A DNA stretch of 64,000 nucleotides from contig OZ218960.1 of the NCBI GenBank assembly GCA_965112735.1, forward strand, positions 310,001 to 374,000, given 5' to 3'. This stretch comes from Phaeosaccion multiseriatum. Lineage: Eukaryota > Protista > Ochrophyta, other classes. The position numbers were made by a program, and so were the translations under genes. The notes under the pieces were generated by a model. That model worked only from the letters and a program-made list of their open reading frames with translations. It made no database searches and was not told the origin of the DNA. Positions 52,882 to 64,000 of the stretch are shown here, piece after piece (position 1 is the stretch's first letter; every line of letters begins with the position of its first letter).

Positions 52882-54016
52882 ATGCTGCTGCTGCTCGCAG
52901 TGCAGCTGGCACTGCTGCTTTCCTTCCAAGCGGCAGTCGTAGCAGCAGCATCAAGAAAGCATGCGTCGTTGGCCTCGCTGAAGGCTGACATGCAAGCGGG
53001 AGGATACACGCCAACGCTGATACCCGGAGGAAGAAGAACCGTCGAGCTGCCACACTTTTCTGACCCTTCGAAGGGCCCGTCTCACACGAGAGTGGAGAGG
53101 GTAGAGGTGGATGGGCGAGCAAGTGGCAGCGTAAGAAGGAGATTGGCACCGGACTGCGACTACTCCGGGCTGTTTGACGTGACCTTCTCTCCGAGCCCAG
53201 CTCCTGCTGAAGACGTTAGGCGGGCAGAGGCCGCCACAGAGGGAGCTCTGTGCATGTGGGCTGATATCTTCGAGCCTGGAGAGGGTCCTATCCGCCTCCT
53301 TATCGACCCTGTGGCGGATCTGGGTGACACCATGGCCACCACCGATGGAGGCAGCGTCGTGACCACCTTGGCCCAAGCAAATGTCGAGCTCATAGCCCTC
53401 GAAGTCTCCCTTTCTACCGGGGAAGCAGCGGTGATGGACTTCGCCCCCGCACAGATTCGCTATCTCGACTTCTTAATGAGCGACGAAGGCCTTGCAGCCC
53501 TGGGAGTGCAGTACGACGGCGAAATCTCCTTCAACCGAGACATTGACTGGCACTACGGAGACGGCGCTGACATCGCTCCCAATGAGGTGAGGCAGTCACT
53601 CCTGCCTGCGCGGGGTAAGAAGGAGATATTCTGCCGCCTCGGACTGGCCTTGTCGCCACTCGCTCCTCAAAAACACAGGCAAGAAGTGCCTACAAACCAC
53701 TATAACCCCCTCGCCCCCCTCTCCCCCACTCACCCACTCACAGACCGACTTCACGACAACGATGGCGCACGAGATTGGTCACGCCTTGGGGTTCGTGGAC
53801 CCCTTGGGCATATTCTTAGAAGCGCGAACCGGCGAAACGCTGGCCTTCTGGCCGGAGTACGTGGATGAACAAGTGAGTCAACACCTTTTGAGACGGGAGA
53901 GAGAGGGGGGGGGGGAGGGGGGGAGGGGGACAGAGCGGGAGGAAGCGAGAAAAATCATGACGACAACAAGGGCAAGTGCTGGTGTGCTTTGATTTTCTCG
54001 GCGGGGTGGGCCTGGC

Positions 54017-54056
<40 letters not shown>

Positions 54057-55829
54057 TGCTGCTGCTTCTTGTTGTGTGGAGGTGCGGAACTGTGCATAAG
54101 CCTCCTGACCGAAACTTACCCTCATCCCGCCCTCCCCGCGCCCCCCCTCCCTCTCTCTCTCTCCCTCCCACAAGGGAAACATCGACACCAACTACGTCGG
54201 CTCATTTTTCTCGCTTGCCATGACCGACCGTGACGGAGGTCTACAACTCAATCCCAACAACTTCCCGACCTCCTTCGACACCCCATCGAGTAACGCCATC
54301 TTCACAGCCGAAAGGCTTTGCATTTTGGACGAACCAAGTGAGTTTGCACCGCGCCGGTTCCTAGTAACAAGAACGTCGTGGGGGGCGGCACTTTGCTTCC
54401 CTCGCTCACGGTCTTCTCTTCGTGCTGTCCCTCCCTCCCTCCCTCCCTCCCTCCGCAGCGGACACATGCGTTCCTGTATACACACCCGACCCTTACGTCC
54501 CCGGATCCTCCATGAGCCACCTCGACGAGTCATACTTCCCCACAGGCACTGTCAACAGCCTCATGACCCCGGGGAACACGCGGGCCGAGGTGGTGCGCTG
54601 TGTTGGTGCCCTCACGGCGAGGATCTTCGAGCAGCTCGGATACGTCCTGTCCACCGACTGCCGCTCCACCTGCGGCAACCTAATCACGGGCGAAATAGAC
54701 TCCCTTACCCCTGAGTGTGGCCACCCTTCGACCGATACACCAGCAAGTGCCCCCACTGCTTCTCCGACTCAGGTATGTGGCGTGACCGGTGCGCTCCTTC
54801 ATCCTTCTCTTCCGTCTCAAGCCACTGCCTTGCTTGATTCGTCTCGTTTCTCCTCCTGTGTCTTGACTCTGATTTGTGCGCAATCGCGCTCCCGTCCTCT
54901 TGGGCTCTCCTGTGGTTCCCCATCGTCTTCCTCAGGCGCCAGTGGCCACCGCCCCTCCGACCCTCACACCATCGACCGCCGCCCCCTCGCCGGTACCCAC
55001 CGATGGAATGACCTCAGTGCCCATCTCAGCTCCGACGGTTACACCGACTCAGGTACATGACGTGCCCTCCTCTGTCCTTCCCTTCCCTTTCCTCTTCCTC
55101 TCTCCTCTTTCGTGCTTGTCTCGACTCGAATGGTGCTTAACCTCTCTCCCACCCCCGTCTGCTCTCACGGTCCTCTATCGTCTTCCTCAGGCACCAGTGG
55201 CCACCGCCCCTCCGACCCTCGCACCATCGACCGCCGCCCCCTCGCCGGTACCCACCGATGGAATGACCTCAGTGCCCATCTCAGCTCCGACGGTTACACC
55301 GACTCAGGTACATGACGTGCCCTCCTCTGTCCTTCCCTTCCCTTTCCTCTTCCTCTCTCCTCTTTCGTGCTTGCCTCGACTCGAATGGTGCTTAACCTCT
55401 CTCCCACCCCCGTCTGCTCTCACGGTCCTCTATCGTCTTCCTCAGGCACCAGTGGCCACCGCCCCTCCGACCCTCGCACCATCGACCGCCGCCCCCACGA
55501 CGCCTCCCACCTCTCCCCCTGCGACAGTCTCGGATGACGTGGACTGCACACAGCTGGGCTGGAATGGAGGGTGCAGTGCCTTCACCGACGCTGCTTCGTG
55601 CAACTGCTGGACTCTGTCCTCCTTCGCGTGCTCGTGGAGCAATGGCAGCTGCAGCACTGGCAGCGGTGACAGCATCAGCCCCACCCCCGACCCCCCCAGT
55701 GAGGTGTACTGTCCCTCGCTTGGATGGGAAGGTAGCTGCGGCGCCTTCACCGACGAGGCCTCGTGCGAGTGCTGGGCTCTGTCGGCCTTCGCGTGCGCGT
55801 GGAGCTCTTCCGAGCAGCAGTGCAGCTGA
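52882..55829 (+). CDS. Secreted leishmanolysin(M8)-like zinc metalloprotease, paralog 1, with PT stalk and 2 Trp/Cys modules
   Basis: Signal peptide; RRRL; HEIGHALGF at 53768; GSSMSHLDE (distal His); NSLMTP (Met-turn-like); LTARIFEQLGY. Confidence 0.8.
54936..55490 (+). repeat. 255-bp exon+intron tandem duplication
   Basis: 117-bp phase-0 exons at 54936-55052 and 55191-55307, with a third homologous exon start at 55446. The introns are nearly identical. Confidence 0.9.
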
Positions 55830-56405
55830 TGCCCTCGTGGGTAGGGCGCGAACACGCTTTGCCCGTGTACGCAGTAGGCGCCCAAAGGTGGAACATAAGG
55901 CGCCCTAAGGCGCGCTGTAACATAAATGCATGAGATGTAAGGCAGGCAGACCGCACATGTATCTTTTTGGCAACCACAAATGGCAAACCTCCTTCCATCA
56001 TGCATACTATCACAGGATGGATCTTTTTGGAGAACCAAAGATATCCGAAAAGATCCATGCCTGATAGTATGCCATTTCCGTGTCCATTCGTATCACGCGC
56101 GCAAAGGAGTAGCTCAAGCAAGGGGGGCGAATACCCGTCCGCCCTGCCTTGTAGGCCAATCTCTTTCTCTCTCTGGGCTGGCGGCTGGAGGCTGTAGGCC
56201 TCTAGGCCGGGTACCCCCGCCCCCCCCCTCGGGCCCGTGTAGCTCTCACGATGGCACGAGCGAGTGACACGCTGTGGTTACGGCCTCCAGGCCAGGGCCG
56301 GCTCTAGAAAGAAGCTGTAGGCCGGGAGCCTGCGGCCCCTCTAGGCCCAGGTCAATAGTCCAGTCTGGGGATGGAACCAGCCACAAACCAAGCGCCGTGC
56401 CAAGC

Positions 56406-59184
56406 ATGCTGCTGTCCCAACAACACCTGCTGCTGCAGCTGGCACTGCTGCTTCCCTTCCATGCGGCAGCCGCAGCAGCAGCATCAAGAAAGCATGTGTC
56501 GTTGGCCTCGCTGAAGGCTGACATGCAAGCGGGAGGCTACACGGCGACGCTGGTGCCCCAAGGCCAAGGAGGAAGAAGGACCGTGCAGTTGCCGCATTTT
56601 TCGGACCCTTTGAAGGGCCCGTCTCACACGAGAGTGGAGAGGGTAGAGGTGGATGGGCAAGCAAGTGGCGGCGCAAGAAGGAGATTGGCACCGGACTGCG
56701 ACTACTCCGGGCTGTTTGACGTGACCTTCTCTCCGAGCCCAGCCCCTGCTGAAGACGTTAGGCGGGCAGAGGCCGCCACAGATGATGCTCTGTGCATGTG
56801 GGCGGATGTTTTCGAGCCTGGAGCGGGTCCTATCCGCCTCCTTATCGACCCTGTGGCGGATCTGGGCGACCCCATATCCACCACCGACGGAGGCGGCCTC
56901 GGGATTACCTTGGCCAGCACCGGCGTCACGGTCCTAGGGCTGCGACAGGAATTCGATAATGGGCAAGTAGTGCTGGTGGACTCCACCCCGGCGCAGATTC
57001 GCTATCTCGGCATAGTGAGCGACGAAGAGCTTGAAAATGCTGGAGTGGAGTACGACGGCGCCATCGAGTTCAACGGAGACCTTGACTGGCACTACGGAGA
57101 CGGCGTGGATATCGCTTTCTTCGAGGTGAGGCAGCTACTCTTGTCTGGCCACGCCATCTGCTGAGCTCCGTAGCCTAGGAGGGATACTGCCTTGACACGC
57201 TCGCTCAGAAACCCAAGCTAGAAGTGTCATTTGGAGAGTGGTCTGCTCTGCTGCTGACCCTGCTGACTCCACCACACCCCTCCCCCCCACGCAAACACCC
57301 ACAGTACGACCTCATCACTGTGATGGCGCACGAAATTGGCCATGCGCTAGGCTTCTTTAACCCCTTGACTATATTGGACAGTCCGTTATCGGGTGGAGTC
57401 CTGCCCTTCTGGAGGGAGTACGCTGAGGAACAAGTGAGCCAAGGCTTAGTGAGACGGGAGAGAGAGAGAGAGAGAGAGAGAGGGAGGAGGAGGGAGGGAG
57501 GGGGATAGAGAGGGAGAAAGCGAAAGAAATCACGACAATACACTCATCCCGCCCCCTCCCTCTCTCGTTCTCTCTCTCCCTCCCACAAGGGAAACGTCTT
57601 CACCAACCACATCGGCTCACGGTTCACGCTTGCCATGACCGACGGTTACGGAGGGCAATCTCTCAGTCCTTCCGATTTCCCGACCTCCTTGGACGCACGA
57701 TCGAGCAACGCCATCTTCACAGCGGGCAGGCTTTGTATTTTGGACGAACCAAGTGAGTTTGTATCGTCTCAGTCAGTCATATCAACAAGGACGTATCAAC
57801 AAGGACAGAGTCTTTGGGGGGGCGGGGGACACTTCGCTTAATATCGCTGACGGTCTTGTCTTCCTCTCCCTCCCTGCCTCCCTTCCTCCCTCCGCAGCGG
57901 ACACATGTGTTCCTGTATACAGTCCCGGCCAATACGAGCCTGGCTCCTCCATAAGTCATTTCGACGAGTCGTTCTTCCCCAGAGGTACGGTCAACAGCCT
58001 CATGACCCCGGGGGCCACGCGGGCGGAGGTGGTGCGCTGTATTGGTGCCCTTACACAGAGAGTCTTCGAACAGCTCGGATACGTCCTGTCCACCGACTGC
58101 CGCTCCACCTGCGGCAACTTAATCACGGGGGAAACCGACTCCTTCTCCCCCGACTGCAGCACTGTCCCGACCTTTGCACCAGCAAGCGCCCCGACTGCTG
58201 CTCCAACTGCTGCTCCAACTGCTGCTCCAATTGCTGCTCCCACTGCTGTTCCAACTGCTGTTCCAACTGCTGTTCCAACTGCTGCTCCAATTGCTGCTCC
58301 CACTGCTGTTCCAACTGAGGTGTGTGACGAGGCTGGTGCCCTCCTCTGCCCTTCTCTTCCCTCTCATGCGTCTCGCTTCCTCTCCTCTCTTGTTGTGCCT
58401 CTGACTGATGCTTACACCCATATGCGTACACCCATGTGCCCTCCTCTGCCCTTCTTTTCCCCGTGCTTCGCCTTGCTTTCTCTCCTCACTCGTCTTGGGA
58501 CTCGACTCTGACTGGTGCTTAACCTCTCTCCCACCCCCGTCTGCCCCCCCTCCCGCCGTTCCTGCACCGTCTCATCTTCCTCAGGCGCCAGTGGCCACCG
58601 CCCCTCCGACCCTCGCACCATCGACCGCCGCCACCACGACGCCTCCCACCACGCCTCCCACCTCTCCCCCTGCGACAGTCTCGGAGGACGTGGACTGCAC
58701 ACAGCTGGGCTGGAACGGAGGGTGCAGTGCCTTCACCGACGCTGCTTCGTGCAACTGCTGGACTCTGTCCTCCTTCGCGTGCTCGTGGAGCAATGGCAGC
58801 TGCAGCACTGGCAGCGGTGACAGCATCAGCCCCACCCCCACGCCTCCTCCCGTTGCTACCGCCCCCCCGGCAACTCCCCCCAGTGAGGTGGACTGTCCCT
58901 CGCTTGGATGGGAAGGCAGCTGCGGCACCTTCACCGACGCTGCTTCGTGCAGCTGCTGGACTCTGTCCGCCTTCGCGTGCTCGTGGTCCGGCGACAGCTG
59001 CAGCAGTGGTAGTGGTGACAGCATCAACCCCACCCCCACTCCCCCTCCGGTGACTGCCGTGGACTGCACGCAGCTGGGCTGGGGCGGTGCGTGCGTTGGA
59101 TATACCGACGAGGCCTCGTGCGAGTGCTGGGCTCTGTCGAACTTCGCGTGCGCGTGGAGCAGCGCCGAGCAGCGGTGCGGCTGA
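56406..59184 (+). CDS. Secreted leishmanolysin-like zinc metalloprotease, paralog 2, with 3 Trp/Cys modules
   Basis: HEIGHALGF at 57329; GSSISHFDE; NSLMTP; same intron positions as paralog 1 in the protease region. Confidence 0.8.
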
Positions 59185-59419
59185 TGCCCGGATGGGTAGG
59201 GCAGCAAGGCAAGCAAAGGGGCTCACGCGGCGGGGTTCAATGGCTTTGGTTCGAGCACGTGGAGTGCGGAACGTGGCCATGCTCTTTCGCCCACCAGGCA
59301 AACGTACGCAGCAGCTTTGTTACTACTAGCAGGCGCCTTCATCATGTGTAGGCTACACAATCAATCAACCGGTACCTGGTCCGACACTTGGCAAACGTAC
59401 TATGTCCGGACAAGGTATA

Positions 59420-59653
59420 TATATTCGACCACTGATACACTATCACCCACATTCTCGATAGCGCGCTATCGGGCCCCGGCGATAGCGGATAGCGCGCCGG
59501 CTGGCGCCGGCGATAGCGGATAGCGTGCCGGCGCCGGCCGATAGCGGATAGCGCGCTGGCTGGCGGATAGCACGCCCCAACAACCCCCCCCCCCCCAAAG
59601 CCGGCTGGCGCCGGCGATAGCGGATAGCGGAATAGTGTAGGGTGTCGAATATA
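59420..59653. mobile_element. MITE-like element
   Basis: Imperfect terminal IR: tatattcgac...tacactat vs atagtgta...gtcgaatata. Internal repeats of gccggcgatagcggatagcg and TA-rich ends. Confidence 0.45.
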
Positions 59654-60164
59654 GTAATGGTTGGTAAATATATTACACCCTTAAGTGCCATCTATGGTTG
59701 TCTAAAAGTAATGTCTCACCGCCCCGGGGAACTTAGCCCTCGAGGTCGTGTCCCTCTGACTCATCAGTTCTTCCCATTGGAACAAAGTTGATACCAGCCA
59801 GGATCCTGTGGCGAACCGATCGTTCGTGTCGGGCCCGCTGGAGCGCTACGGCTAATCGTATAGTAATGGTGTATAAGTAATGGTGTGCGCTGAAGTCAGC
59901 AAATCTTTTCTGTCTTTTCAGAAATCCTCCTCCACGGTCTGTAGAATCAGCCCGTCATTCAAATTATTCTATAGCGGCTTTAATAGTCTGGGGAGCTGCT
60001 GCTGAAAGCCACCCCACAACAGAAAGTGAACATGATGGGTCTCATGTGTGTTTTACACCACGGCCAAGAAAGTGCGCGGGCGTCAGCAGCCAGCAGAGCA
60101 GGGTCTCCCAGAAAGGGAGCTGCTGCTCGGAACACAGCTCCACAAACACAAGCGCGTGCCAATC

Positions 60165-61161
60165 ATGCTGCTGTTCCAACAACACCTGCTCCTCGCACTG
60201 CAGCTGGCACTGCTGCTTCCCACAGCAGCAAGAAAAAACCACAAACATAAGCATTCGTTGTTAGACTCGCTAAAGGCTGACATGCAAGGGGCGACGCTGG
60301 TGCCCGGAGGAGGAAGGACCATCACTATACCGCATTTTTCTGATCCCTCAAAGGGTCCGTCTCACACGAGAGTGGAGAGGGTCGAGGTGGATGGGCAAGC
60401 AAGTGGCGGTGCGAGAAGGAGATTGGCACCCGACTGCGACTACTCGCCGCTGTTTGACGTGACCTTCTCTCCGAGCCCAGCCCCTGCTGAAGTCGTGGAT
60501 GCGGCAGAGGCCGCCACAGATGATGCTCTGTGCATGTGGGCTGATATCTTCGAGCCTGGGGCGGGTCCTATCCGTATCCGCATCGACCCTGTGGCGGACC
60601 TTGGTGACACCATGGCCACCACCGACGGAGGCACCATCGCCACTACCGTGGCCGAAGCATCTGTCGTGGTCTTAGGCCTGGACCTTCGGCTCCCTTCTAC
60701 CGGGGAAATAGTGCGGGTGGACTTCGCCCCGGCGCGGCTTCGTTACTCCGGCGTAGTGGGCAACGATCAGCTGGAAGATGTTGGGGTGTTCTTCGACGGA
60801 GAGATCTCTTTCAACCGAGACATTGACTGGCACTACGGAGACGGCGCGGAAATCGATCGCAACCAGGTGAGGCAGTCACTCTTGCCCGCGAGGGGCAAGG
60901 GGGGGAGATGCTGCCGCCTCGAGCTGGCCTTGTCGCGACCTCGCTCACGCCAAGGCCACTACAACCACTCGCCCCCATCCCTCCCCTCTCCCCCCCACTC
61001 ACGCACCCACAGATCGATTACACGACGACGATGGCACACGAGATTGCACATGTGCTGGGCTTCTTTGCACCCTTGCGCGTATCCGACGATCCGCAGACGG
61101 GCAATCCCCTAGCCTTCTGGCTGGAGTATGTTGACAGCCAAGTGAGTCAAGGCAGACGGGA

Positions 61162-61205
<44 letters not shown>

Positions 61206-61301
61206 AGGGAGGGGGGAAGAAAGCGAGACAAGGCGAGAGAAATCACGACAGTGGACGCATGTGTTGGTGTACTTTGTTCCTCTCGGTGGGGTGGGCCTGG
61301 C

Positions 61302-61343
<42 letters not shown>

Positions 61344-64000
61344 TGGAGCTGCGCCGCGAATACCAAAGCCCCTGACCGACGTTTGCACTCATCCCACCCC
61401 CTGCCCGTCTCCCTCTCTCTCTCGTGTCCTCTTTCCCCTCCCCTCCCACAAGGGAAACATCTTGACCAACCACGTTGGTTCATTATTCAACCTCGCCATG
61501 ACCGACGGTAACGGAGGCCGACAACTCAGTCCCAACAACTTCCCGACCTCTGTGGGTACCCTCACGAGTAACGCCATTTTCACGGCCGGAACGCTTTGCA
61601 TATTGGACGCACCGAGTGAGTTTGCATCGCGCCAGTCCAGTAACTGTAGCAATAAGCGTCAAGAACGGAGTCGTGGGAGGCGGCACTTTGCTTAGCATCG
61701 CTCACGGTCTTGTGTTCCTCTCTCTTCCTCCCTTCCCTCCCTTCCCTCCCTCCCTCCCTCCCCCCCTCCCCCTGCAGCGAACACATGTGTGCCCATGTAC
61801 ACGCCTAATCCGTACCAGCCTGGATCCTCCATGGGTCACTTCGACGAGTCCTTCTTCCCCACAGGCACGACCAACAGCCTCCTGACCCCGGGAACCCAGG
61901 ATATGGAGGTGGTGCGCTGTGTTGGTGCCCTGTCGGCGAGGGTCTTCGAGCAGCTCGGATACGTCCTGTCCACCGACTGCCGCTCCACCTGCGGCAACTT
62001 AATCACGGGGGAAATAGACCCCCTTGCCCCCGAGTGCGACGCTGCTCCGACGAATCCTCCGACTGCTGCACCGACTGCTGCACCGACTGCTGCACCGACT
62101 GCTCCTCCGACTCAGGTATGTGAAATGACATGGCTGATGCCCTCTTCTGTCTTGCTTGATTGCCCTCCTCTCTCCTCTTAAGCCTCGACTCTGACTGGTG
62201 CTTCATCACTCTCCCACCCACCCTCGTCTGCACTCCCACGACCCTCCATCGTCGTTCTCAGGCTCCCACGGCTCCTCCCACGGCTGCACCGACTGCGCCT
62301 CCAACTGCGACACCGACTGCTCCTCCGACTCAGGTATGTGAAATGACATGGCTGATGCCCTCTTCTGTCTTGCTTGATTGCCCTCCTCTCTCCTCTTGTA
62401 CTCGACACTAAGTGGTGCTTCACCACTCTCCCACCCACCCTCGTCTGCACTCCCACGACCCTCCATCGTCGTTCTCAGGCTCCCACGGCTCCTCCGACGG
62501 CTGCACCGACTGCGCCTCCAACTGCGACACCGACTGCTCCTCCGACTCAGGTATGTGAAACGGCGTGGCTGGTGCCCTTCTCTGCCTTGCTTGCTTCCTA
62601 TCCTCTCTCCTCTTGTGTCTCACACGAAGTGGTGCTTCACCACTCTCCCACCCACCCTCGTCTGCACTCCCACGACCCTCCATCGTCGTTCTCAGGCTCC
62701 CACGGCTCCTCCCACGGCTGCACCGACTGCGCCTCCAACTGCGACACCGACTGCTCCTCCGACTCAGGTATGTGAAATGACATGGCTGATGCCCTCTTCT
62801 GTCTTGCTTGATTGCCCTCCTCTCTCCTCTTGTTCTCGACACTAAGTGGTGCTTCACCACTCTCCCACCCACCCTCGTCTGCACTCCCACGACCCTCCAT
62901 CGTCGTTCTCAGGCTCCCACGGCTCCTCCTACGGCTGCACCGACTGCGCCTCCAACTGCTACACCGACTGCTCCTCCGACTCAGGTATGTGAAATGGCAT
63001 GGCTGGTGCCCTCCTCTGCCTTGCTTGCTCCTTTTTCTTGTTGTTCTAGACACTAAGTGGTGCTTCATCACTCTCCCACCCACCCCCGTCTGCACTCCCA
63101 CGACCCTCCATCGTCGTTCTCAGGCTCCCACGGCTCCTCCGACGGCTGCACCGACTGCGCCTCCAACTGCTACATCGACTGCTCCTCCGACTCAGGTATG
63201 TGAAATGGCATGGCTGGTGCCCTTCTCTGCCTTGCTTGCTTCTTTTTCTTGTTGTTCTCGACTCTGACTGGTGCTTCACCACTCTCCCACCCACCCTCGT
63301 CTGCACTCCCACGACCCTCCATCGTCGTTCTCAGGCTCCCACGGCTCCTCCCACGGCTGCACCGACTGCGCCTCCAATGGCTGCACCGACTGCTCCTCCG
63401 ACTCAGGTATGTGAAATGGCATGGCTGGTGCCCTCCTCTGCCTTGCTTTCTTCCTATCCTCTCTCCTCTTGTTCTCGACACTAAGTGGTGCTTCACCACT
63501 CTCCCACCCACCCTCGTCTGCACTCCCACGACCCTCCATCGTCGTTCTCAGGCTCCCACGGCTCCTCCTACGGCTGCACCGACTGCGCCTCCAACTGCGA
63601 CACCGACTGCTCCTCCGACTCAGGTATATGAAATGGCGTGGCTTGCCCTCCTCTGCCTTGCTTTCTTCCTATCCTCTCTCCTCTTGTGTCTCGACACTAA
63701 GTGGTGCTTCATCACTCTCCCACCCACCCTCATCTGCACTCCCACGACCCTCCATCGTCGTTCTCAGGCTCCCACGGCTCCTCCCACGGCTGCACCGACT
63801 GCGCCTCCAACTGGTGCGCCGACTGCTCCTCCGACTCAGGTATGTGAAATGGCGTGGCTGGTGCCCTCCTCTGCCTTGCTTGCTTCTTTTCCCCCTTGTT
63901 CTTGACTCTGACTGGTGCTTCATCACTCTCCCACCCACCCTCGTCTGCACTCCCACGACCCGCCATCGTCGTTCTCAGGCTCCCACGGCTCCTCCCACGG
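60165..64000 (+). CDS. Secreted leishmanolysin-like zinc metalloprotease, paralog 3, truncated by window end
   Basis: HEIAHVLGF at 61037; GSSMGHFDE; NSLLTP; followed by a long array of APT-rich exons. Confidence 0.8.
62075..64000 (+). repeat. Tandem array of ~211-217-bp exon+intron units encoding a mucin-like stalk
   Basis: 72-bp phase-0 exons (APTAPPTAAPTAPPTATPTAPPTQ) start at 62262, 62479, 62696, 62913, 63124, 63335, 63552, 63768 and 63979 (partial). Each is bounded by ...ttctcag| and |gtat(g/a)tg. Confidence 0.95.

Overview
This is intron-rich, GC-rich, microsatellite-laden eukaryotic genomic DNA. The gene content and GT-AG introns suggest a stramenopile/ochrophyte alga (inference only). 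About 16 protein-coding genes can be reconstructed by hand, in this order: a ZNFX1/UPF1-like SF1 helicase (runs off the left edge), an intronless FNIP-like repeat protein, an FBXO31-like F-box protein, a PSP1-domain protein, UBC13, a C-x4-C...C-x2-H zinc-finger repeat protein, a bZIP-like factor, a Cys-type glutathione peroxidase, a nitroreductase, an RVxF-motif protein, a TPR protein, a DUF1415 protein, and four tandem secreted-protein genes. Three of the four secreted proteins are leishmanolysin-like HEXXH metalloproteases. Most other ORFs in the six-frame track are microsatellite artefacts. Four signals stand out. (1) An exact 12-mer, TGTATCACCAAC, occurs 9 times on both strands, in four reading frames of exons and in non-coding DNA, mostly in pairs. 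(2) The secreted-protein cluster shares a Trp/Cys-rich module between unrelated head domains and builds stalks from tandem exon+intron units. (3) A 19-aa FNIP-like array with a hypervariable di-residue sits head-to-head with the helicase. (4) There are several small foldback/MITE-like elements. Exon boundaries were read by eye and are approximate unless stated.
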